From: an uncultured Gammaproteobacteria bacterium
GTDB lineage: Bacteria > Patescibacteriota > Microgenomatia > UBA10105 > UBA927
Reading direction: 5' to 3'
DNA: 64,000 nucleotides
NCBI GenBank assembly: GCA_964349125.1
Contig: CAYGFH010000001.1
Coordinates: 325,408 to 389,407 of the forward strand
The notes beneath the pieces were generated by a model that worked only from the letters and a program-made list of their open reading frames with translations, did not search any database and had not been told where the DNA came from. The translations under genes were made by a program, and so were the position numbers. This document shows, piece by piece, positions 57,629 to 64,000 of this stretch. Position 1 is the stretch's first letter; each line of letters opens with the position of its first letter.

Positions 57629-59353
57629 ATGATTTTACTTGTAGCGTTTGCATTTATAGCTGGATTTGTAACTATATTGTCTCCGTGCATATTACCTATA
57701 TTGCCGATTGTTCTGTCAGGCTCAATCGGCAATGGAAAGAGTAGGCCGCTTGGAATTGTGACAGGGTTCGTAGGGAGTTTCACATTTTTTACACTAACCC
57801 TTTCATATATAGTAAAAATCACTGGCACATCTGCTGATGGGTTGCGAACCATTGCCATTGTTATCATTGCATTGTTTGGAATAAGCATGATCACACCAAG
57901 ATTTCAGATATGGATGGAAGGGGTGTTTTCTAAGCTGGCAGGATTCCTCCCCCATGGAAAAGGAGATACAGGATTTGTTGGAGGCGTATTTGTAGGATTG
58001 AGCCTTGGACTTTTATGGGCGCCATGCGTCGGACCTATCCTGGCCTCTGTTATCACACTGGCTGCAACGAGTACTGTTACCCTCGCTACAATATTGATTA
58101 CACTTGCGTACTCAGTCGGGACAGCTATTCCAATGCTCGGGATAACATATGGGGGTAGGACATTATTAAACCGTGTACCATGGTTAATCTCAAGCACGCA
58201 AAAAATACAAAAGGCGTTTGGCATTATTATGATCATGACAGCAGTTGGAATATATTTTAACGTGGATAGGACATTTCAAACATATATATTGGAAAAATTT
58301 CCGGCGTATGGCGTCGGACTGACGAAATTTGAAGAAAATGCTAGCGTGCGACAAGCGCTTGATTCGTTGACTAAAAAACGTATAGACAGTATCGAGATTG
58401 GTAAGCCCATGAATGATGTGGTTGACGAAAAGGTGGGTAAAGTTCCTGAGTTTATCCCAGGTGGAGAATGGATAAATTCAAAACCCCTCTCCATGCAAGA
58501 ATTACGAGGCAAAGTCGTGCTTGTCGATTTTTGGACATATACCTGCATAAACTGCATCCGAACACTGCCGTATATCAAAGCGTGGAACGAAAAATATAAA
58601 GACAAAGGCCTCGTGATCGTTGGTGTGCATACCCCGGAATTCGCTTTCGAAAGAGATATTGAGAACGTAAAGAAAGCAGTGAAAGATTTTGGTATAACCT
58701 ATCCCGTTATGCAGGATAATGAATATGAGACATGGAAAGCATACGATAATCGCTATTGGCCAGCGAAATACCTGATCGATAAAAACGGAAAACTTCGCGA
58801 CACTCACTTTGGAGAAGGTGCGTACGATGAAACGGAGGCAAAAATCCAAATGCTCCTTGCCGAAACCGGTATATCCGGACTCGAAGCACCAAAAAATCCT
58901 GAATATTCACTCAATTCAAGAACACCAGAGTTGTACTTGGGATATGATCGTATTGCACATTTTATTTCTCCCGAAAAAATAGTTGCGGACAAAGAAACAA
59001 GGTATACCTCTCCGTTGATACCGTATGACAATTCATTTTCCTATGAGGGTGTATGGGTGGTAGGTGGTGAATATGCTATGCCGAAGAAAGGAGCGACACT
59101 CACGCTGCAATTCGACGCGCAGGAAGTATTTTTGGTCATGCGGCCAACAAAGGATTCAGGAAACGTACGTGTGTTTTTAGATAACAAATTGGTAACAGAT
59201 GCAAACAGTGGAAGTGATGTGGATAATAGTGAGATACAGATAGACTCTGACCGTCTGTATAAAATCATCAAGCTTCCAAGCCCTGGGAGGCATGTACTGC
59301 GACTGGAATTTTTGGATGACACGCTGGAACTATTTGCGTTTACGTTCGGATAA
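57629..59353 (+). CDS. DipZ/DsbD-like thiol-disulfide transporter: CcdA membrane domain + TlpA-like thioredoxin domain + C-terminal beta-rich domain
   Basis: CcdA-type TM core with two conserved Cys (LSPCILPILP; LLWAPCVGPIL), a redoxin domain with WTYTCINC, and a ~150-aa C-terminal domain. The architecture matches mycobacterial DipZ. Confidence 0.75.
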   Translation: MILLVAFAFIAGFVTILSPCILPILPIVLSGSIGNGKSRPLGIVTGFVGSFTFFTLTLSYIVKITGTSADGLRTIAIVIIALFGISMITPRFQIWMEGVFSKLAGFLPHGKGDTGFVGGVFVGLSLGLLWAPCVGPILASVITLAATSTVTLATILITLAYSVGTAIPMLGITYGGRTLLNRVPWLISSTQKIQKAFGIIMIMTAVGIYFNVDRTFQTYILEKFPAYGVGLTKFEENASVRQALDSLTKKRIDSIEIGKPMNDVVDEKVGKVPEFIPGGEWINSKPLSMQELRGKVVLVDFWTYTCINCIRTLPYIKAWNEKYKDKGLVIVGVHTPEFAFERDIENVKKAVKDFGITYPVMQDNEYETWKAYDNRYWPAKYLIDKNGKLRDTHFGEGAYDETEAKIQMLLAETGISGLEAPKNPEYSLNSRTPELYLGYDRIAHFISPEKIVADKETRYTSPLIPYDNSFSYEGVWVVGGEYAMPKKGATLTLQFDAQEVFLVMRPTKDSGNVRVFLDNKLVTDANSGSDVDNSEIQIDSDRLYKIIKLPSPGRHVLRLEFLDDTLELFAFTFG

Positions 59354-59370
59354 CACTGACATCCGTGTTT

Positions 59371-59733
59371 TTATTCTTCGAGTTGATAGGTTTGATACTC
59401 TGTACACTGAGCGTTGTGCTCCGTTTTCAATGTGGTATACCCCTTTGCAGTGGGCCGAAGGAACGACAAGGCACTATCCATCAGCGTGTTGGCATAGGTG
59501 TAAGCAGGAGATGTTTTCCTCACGGCTGTGATACAGTCACCCAAATCCAGTAAGATCTCAGTTCTTCTCTGACAGACAACCTCAGTCGGTAAACCATTAC
59601 TTCCCTCTTGATACGATAAATCAGTCAGATGTTTCTGTGAACTGTCATAACAAGCTTTTTCTTTTAGCAGAGGGGTTGACAGATAATATCCTGCTGAGAG
59701 TAACGCTATGACGCAAACGATAAAGAGCTTCAT
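59371..59733 (-). CDS. Hypothetical small secreted Cys-containing protein
   Basis: Start set at MKLFIVCVIALLSAG (signal peptide). The mature part contains 4 Cys. Confidence 0.3.
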   Translation of the reverse strand: MKLFIVCVIALLSAGYYLSTPLLKEKACYDSSQKHLTDLSYQEGSNGLPTEVVCQRRTEILLDLGDCITAVRKTSPAYTYANTLMDSALSFLRPTAKGYTTLKTEHNAQCTEYQTYQLEE

Positions 59734-59774
59734 ATACAGCTTATTGTACGATACATTCCCCAAAAAAACACATT

Positions 59775-60431
59775 CTAAGTCAAGATTTTCCTATCAAGTG
59801 ATTGCCATAAAACGCGGCATGCATATGTTTTATACGGAGACCATTTGTGTGTGATTTTTTCTATTTGCTTGACTGTGGGAGCTTTTTTAAACGCATACGC
59901 AAGTATAATTGCACGCCTAAGACCCGCGTCACCAAACGAAAATATATTTTCGCGGGCAAGGGAAAACATTAGGAACATTTCAGCAGACCACCGTCCTATA
60001 CCGTGAAGTGTCGTGAGTGATGATAGTACATCATCGTCTGATAGCGTATGCAGGTGATCGAAATCTATATGTCGATCTATGAAGCTTGTTGCAAGAGATT
60101 TAATGTACCTGACTTTTGACCATGACACCCCGGCACCTCTGATATGTTCATCTGAAAGTAACGATACGGAAACAGGCGTAACGCTTCGCCCGGGAATCAG
60201 GTCAAGAAAACGATTATAGATAGTACGTCCGGCTTTCTCTGACAGCTGTTGATTTACGATGGCTTCACATAAATCGGAAAAATAATCTGATGATCTCTGG
60301 ACTGTGATTGAAATCCCTTGTTTTTCAAGCTGACTGAGTAACCTATATATAACCGGATCATTGCGTGAAAAATGAGTCCGTATGTTATTGTCCATCCTCG
60401 TATTATACAAGTTCATTGCGCGAACAAACAA
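59775..60431 (-). CDS. HhH-GPD DNA glycosylase (AlkA/3-methyladenine glycosylase II-like)
   Basis: HhH-GPD motif (LTTLHGIGRWSAEMFLMF) with the catalytic Asp context. Confidence 0.7.
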   Translation of the reverse strand: MFVRAMNLYNTRMDNNIRTHFSRNDPVIYRLLSQLEKQGISITVQRSSDYFSDLCEAIVNQQLSEKAGRTIYNRFLDLIPGRSVTPVSVSLLSDEHIRGAGVSWSKVRYIKSLATSFIDRHIDFDHLHTLSDDDVLSSLTTLHGIGRWSAEMFLMFSLARENIFSFGDAGLRRAIILAYAFKKAPTVKQIEKITHKWSPYKTYACRVLWQSLDRKILT

Positions 60432-60479
60432 AAATGGTATACAATTTCATTAATACACATATTTTGACCGAGGAGGATT

Positions 60480-60938
60480 ATGAATATATTACTCGTATAC
60501 GCGACAAACTCAGGCACAACGATGTCTACAGCCCAATCTATCAACGATAAATTGGTTGCAAAAGGGCATGCGGTAACAATGAAAGAAGTGCGTGATGCCT
60601 CGGAAAACGATTTTTCCGCTCCTGATGCAATTCTCCTTGGCTCTCCAAGCTGGGATTTCGAAGGTCATGAGGGCATGCCTCATGAAGATTGGTTGCCGCT
60701 TATGGAAAAATTAAAAACTCAAACGCTAGAGAATAAAAAATTCGCAGTGTTTGGACTCGGTGATTCATCGTACAAACACTTTTGCGGAGCAGTTGATCAC
60801 ATGGAAGAATTAGTGAAAACGGTTAAAGGTATGTTGGTTGTCCCATCGCTTCGCATTGATAAATTTTATAGCGATCAAACGGGCAATATGGATAAAATCA
60901 ATGCCTGGGCGGATAGCGTCATCGCTGCGTTGGGGTAA
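60480..60938 (+). CDS. Flavodoxin
   Basis: FMN-binding loop MNILLVYATNSGTT, short-chain flavodoxin length, and RBS GAGGAGG. Confidence 0.8.
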   Translation: MNILLVYATNSGTTMSTAQSINDKLVAKGHAVTMKEVRDASENDFSAPDAILLGSPSWDFEGHEGMPHEDWLPLMEKLKTQTLENKKFAVFGLGDSSYKHFCGAVDHMEELVKTVKGMLVVPSLRIDKFYSDQTGNMDKINAWADSVIAALG

Positions 60939-60941
60939 ATA

Positions 60942-61466
60942 TTATTGCTTATCCGAAAAAATCGAGTAGAACCTGCCCTCCGAAATATTTTTAGCTACTT
61001 CTTCTGGGGTAAATGTTTTGCCGTTCATGCAGAGATATACTCCAAATGGGAGACTAAGAACCTGTCCAACGGCAAAACCCAAATTAAAAGGTGCGTCAGT
61101 GAACTCGAACCCTTTGAGCGGAGTCATGGATCCGGTAAGAATAATTGTTTGATCTACTCTCTTTAGTTTACTCTTAATAAATCTTGCAGTGTCTGGCATT
61201 GTATATGTGCCATGAGTGACAATTATTTTTGTGCATGGGCTTTTTTCGATTGCCTTCACAGTATTCTCCATATCTTCAGGCGTTAATGATCTACTGTCCT
61301 TCATACATACTTCTGTACAAAATATTTCAGTGTACAATTTTAGTTGTTTAAAATACTCAGGAAGTGCTGAATGTTCTGCTGGAGTTGCAGTATCTTTTAA
61401 ACCGTTCCAAATTGAATCTATCGTACCGCCTGTAATAATAATATGAATTGGATTATTTGTTTGCAT
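60942..61466 (-). CDS. Asparaginase/glutaminase-family N-terminal-domain-only protein (174 aa)
   Basis: N-terminal IIITGGTIDS threonine-motif region of the asparaginase family. Length equals only the N-domain. Confidence 0.45.
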   Translation of the reverse strand: MQTNNPIHIIITGGTIDSIWNGLKDTATPAEHSALPEYFKQLKLYTEIFCTEVCMKDSRSLTPEDMENTVKAIEKSPCTKIIVTHGTYTMPDTARFIKSKLKRVDQTIILTGSMTPLKGFEFTDAPFNLGFAVGQVLSLPFGVYLCMNGKTFTPEEVAKNISEGRFYSIFSDKQ

Positions 61467-61556
61467 AATACAACTATTTTACCAGAATATAGCTAACAAA
61501 TAAAAAATAAATGCAACTGAAAATGACTGTTGCGTTTCAACAGCGTACAATAGCGA

Positions 61557-62033
61557 TTACCACTTGAAGTGAGCGAAGGCACGGTTTGCATCTGCCATGC
61601 GATGCACTGTATCTCTCTTTTTGATAGATTCTCCCACACCTTTTGATGCTTCAAGAAGCTCTGCAGCCAATTTTTCTGAGAATGATTTAAATTCACGATT
61701 TGACCGCTTACCTGCGTATTGAATGATCCACCTAATAGCGAGTGCAATTCTCCTGTCACCACGGACCTCTGTTGGAACCTGGTATGATGCTCCACCAACT
61801 CGTCGTGATTTTACTTCCATCTTTGGGCCAACTGAATTCACTGCCAACTCAAATACTTTGATTGGGTCTTCCCCTTTTTCTTTAATACTATCAAGCGCTT
61901 TGTACACAACTCCCTCAGCAGTTCTCTTTTTCCCGCTAATCATAACCCGGTTAATAAATCGGGCCACGAGTCGATTTCCGTAAATCGGATCTGCTGGCAA
62001 TAATGGTTTGGTTATCTTATTTGATCTACTCAT
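61557..62033 (-). CDS. rpsG: 30S ribosomal protein S7
   Basis: PDP.YG..L..KF.N..M..GKK..AE block. Confidence 0.9.
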   Translation of the reverse strand: MSRSNKITKPLLPADPIYGNRLVARFINRVMISGKKRTAEGVVYKALDSIKEKGEDPIKVFELAVNSVGPKMEVKSRRVGGASYQVPTEVRGDRRIALAIRWIIQYAGKRSNREFKSFSEKLAAELLEASKGVGESIKKRDTVHRMADANRAFAHFKW

Positions 62034-62045
62034 ATAAATATACGA

Positions 62046-62483
62046 TTAATTTGCTTTCGCTGCTTGTGGGCCCGGGCTACCTGCCTTTGCACCATAGCGG
62101 CTTCTGCCTTGTTTTCGTGATGCAACACCTGAAGAGTCATATTTACCACGAACGATGTGATATTTCACACCTGGTAAATCTGGGACCCGACCACCACGAA
62201 TCAGTACGATCGCGTGCTCTGTAAGTTCATGTCCAATACCAGGAATGTACGCAGTTACTTCCTGTTTGTTTGATAAACGAACACGTGCTACTTTACGCAA
62301 AGCTGAGTTTGGCTTTTTCGGTGTCATGGTTTTCACCAACGTCACCACTCCCCGTTTAAACGGAGCTGGAAGCTGTTTCGTAATGCGATCTTTTGCATTA
62401 AAAAACTTTCGCAGTGCTGTTGCTTTTATTTTCTTGGACTTACTATGTCGTCCAAATCTGATAAGTTGATTTACTGTTGGCAT
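62046..62483 (-). CDS. rpsL: 30S ribosomal protein S12
   Basis: MPT.NQL.R.GR and [10 protein letters not shown] motifs, with a slightly extended C-terminus. Confidence 0.95.
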   Translation of the reverse strand: MPTVNQLIRFGRHSKSKKIKATALRKFFNAKDRITKQLPAPFKRGVVTLVKTMTPKKPNSALRKVARVRLSNKQEVTAYIPGIGHELTEHAIVLIRGGRVPDLPGVKYHIVRGKYDSSGVASRKQGRSRYGAKAGSPGPQAAKAN

Positions 62484-62484
62484 A

Positions 62485-64000
62485 TTAGTTTTGTATTACA
62501 GCTCTCTCTGGTGATACAGGGATGAGTCTGCCGATTATAACGTTTTCTTTGAGTCCTAGCAACTTGTCAACCTTGGCTGAGAGTGCTGCATCGGTCAAAA
62601 CTGTCGTAGTTTCTTGGAATGATGCGGCTGACAACCAGCTTTCTGTAAACAGTGATGCTCGTGTAATACCCAACAGTACAATTTGTGCTGTTGACGCTTC
62701 TCCGCCCTCGGCCAAGATGCGTGCATTTTCTTCTTGGAATCTCATACGGTCTACTAATTCTCCCGGGAGAAGTGTCGTATCCCCTGATGATTCAATGCGT
62801 ACTTTATCACTCATTTTTCGGACAATCACTTCAAAATGCTTGTCATGAATCATGATTCCTTGTGATTCATACACTCTTTGCACCTCTGATATCAGATACT
62901 TCTGTGTACCTCGGAGTCCTCGAACCTGCAGGACTTCTTTGATATCCAAATAGCCACTTGCCAATTGGTCTCCGGCTGCTACCAGATCACCATCTGCTAC
63001 TTTCAGTTCACTGGTAAGCGGAATTGTATATTCGCGTTCTTCCGGCGGCTTAATCGCAGTGTTTTTCACTACGACTGTATATCCGTCTTCTGTTTCTGAT
63101 ACTGATACTTTTCCTGCAATTTCAGATACCGGTGACAACACACGTGGTGTTCGCAGTTCGAACAATTCTTCCACACGTGGCAAGCCTTGGGTAACGTCGA
63201 GTCCGACGATACCTCCAGCATGGCGTACACGCATAGTAAGCTGTGTTCCCGGCTCTCCAATGGATTGGGCGGCTACGACACCAACTGGTGTCCCCTGCTG
63301 CACATGTGCGTTGGTTGAGAAATCTCGTCCGTAGCATTTGGCACACATACCGACCGGAGCCTGGCATGTGATTGCAGATCTGACACTGACCATCTCCACA
63401 GCGTGCTCGTCAAGTAGTTTTACATTCTCTTCATTTATTTCCTCACCTGCTGCAATCAACAGTTTTTTGCTGTTTGGAGCAAATACATCTGCTGCGGCTG
63501 ATCGTCCGATAACTCTAAGGGCAAATGGTGCCTGTCTGTCTTCATTTCGGTATACTTCCCAACCTTCAGTCGTACCACAATCTTCCGATCGGGTAATCAT
63601 GTCATGGGATACATCTACCAATCGACGAGTCAGGTATCCCGCATCAGCTGTTTTGAGCGCTGAGTCGGTCAATCCTTTACGTGAACCACGTGTACTTGTC
63701 ACGTATTCAAAAATCGACAATCCTTCGCGGTAGTTACTCTTTGTAGGTAGTTCCACGATTTTACCAAGGGGATCTACAACGAGTCCCTTGATAGCTGATA
63801 ATTGTTTCAATTGATCCTTAGATGCACGTGCCCCTCCTGAGTCGATAATCATTTTAACCGGATTATCTGCCTTCATTCGTTGCCATGTTAAGTCAGCAAT
63901 ACTTTCTGTAACCTCGATCCACACTTCATTGGATAATCTCTTCTTTTCTTCAAGCGTGATAAGACCCTGCTGATAGTTGCCGTCTACGTCCTTCACTTTG
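62485..64000 (-). CDS. rpoC: DNA-directed RNA polymerase subunit beta' (C-terminal portion; 5' end beyond window)
   Basis: Conserved beta' C-terminal regions. The ORF is open to the window edge, and its stop is 2 nt before rpsL. Confidence 0.9.
   Translation of the reverse strand, partial: KVKDVDGNYQQGLITLEEKKRLSNEVWIEVTESIADLTWQRMKADNPVKMIIDSGGARASKDQLKQLSAIKGLVVDPLGKIVELPTKSNYREGLSIFEYVTSTRGSRKGLTDSALKTADAGYLTRRLVDVSHDMITRSEDCGTTEGWEVYRNEDRQAPFALRVIGRSAAADVFAPNSKKLLIAAGEEINEENVKLLDEHAVEMVSVRSAITCQAPVGMCAKCYGRDFSTNAHVQQGTPVGVVAAQSIGEPGTQLTMRVRHAGGIVGLDVTQGLPRVEELFELRTPRVLSPVSEIAGKVSVSETEDGYTVVVKNTAIKPPEEREYTIPLTSELKVADGDLVAAGDQLASGYLDIKEVLQVRGLRGTQKYLISEVQRVYESQGIMIHDKHFEVIVRKMSDKVRIESSGDTTLLPGELVDRMRFQEENARILAEGGEASTAQIVLLGITRASLFTESWLSAASFQETTTVLTDAALSAKVDKLLGLKENVIIGRLIPVSPERAVIQN

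Noticed and set aside
51237-61556. The 10-kb insert as a mobile genetic element or genomic island
   Set aside because: - No integrase, transposase, recombinase, phage gene, flanking tRNA or direct repeat was seen.
- The only tRNA in the window (27179-27254) is 24 kb away.
- I treat it as a rearrangement or accessory block, not a demonstrable mobile element.

Overview
This is a 64-kb, low-GC, very gene-dense bacterial chromosomal segment. About 80% of the genes are on the minus strand and most stops are TAA, so I assume translation table 11. It looks like a streamlined genome and is consistent with Candidate Phyla Radiation / Patescibacteria. I infer that from several points:
- rpmD (L30) is absent between rpsE and rplO.
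- There are several paralogous GT-C-type polytopic membrane proteins.
- Small proteins of the DUF5679 and DUF4446 type are present.
- Many ribosomal proteins carry short Lys-rich extensions.

Coordinates 30.7-51.2 kb hold an almost complete ribosomal-protein supercluster on the minus strand: fusA-tuf-rpsJ-rplC-rplD-rplW-rplB-rpsS-rplV-rpsC-rplP-rpmC-rpsQ-rplN-rplX-rplE-rpsZ-rpsH-rplF-rplR-rpsE-rplO-secY-adk-cmk-map-infA-rpmJ-rpsM-rpsK-rpsD-rpoA-rplQ-rplM-rpsI. The str operon is split. rpoC(3' end)-rpsL-rpsG lie at 61.5-64 kb, separated from fusA by a ~10 kb mixed-orientation insert (51.3-61.5 kb). The insert encodes:
- a DnaQ-exonuclease/GIY-YIG (Cho-like) nuclease;
- a peptidase S51-like protein;
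- an EamA transporter;
- a CvpA-CAP fusion;
- an XRE regulator;
- a membrane thioredoxin plus a DipZ/DsbD-like thiol-disulfide module;
- an AlkA-type glycosylase;
- flavodoxin;
- a truncated asparaginase-like protein.

The upstream half (0-30 kb) contains aspS (no GAD domain, fused to a YbaK/ProX-like editing domain), recJ, cca, secDF, comM, an unannotated RNase P RNA (rnpB), an AI-2E transporter, miaA-miaB, hup, rny, recX-recA, tRNA-Pro(GGG), and an SPFH protein.

I found no CRISPR array, transposase, integrase, or recognisable defence or toxin system. The most unusual items are the domain fusions (AspRS-YbaK, CvpA-CAP, DipZ-like), a Cys4 zinc-ribbon variant of L24, the split str operon, and several structured leaders or spacers (infA, rpsJ-rplC, fusA-tuf). 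Coordinates of CDS features include the stop codon.
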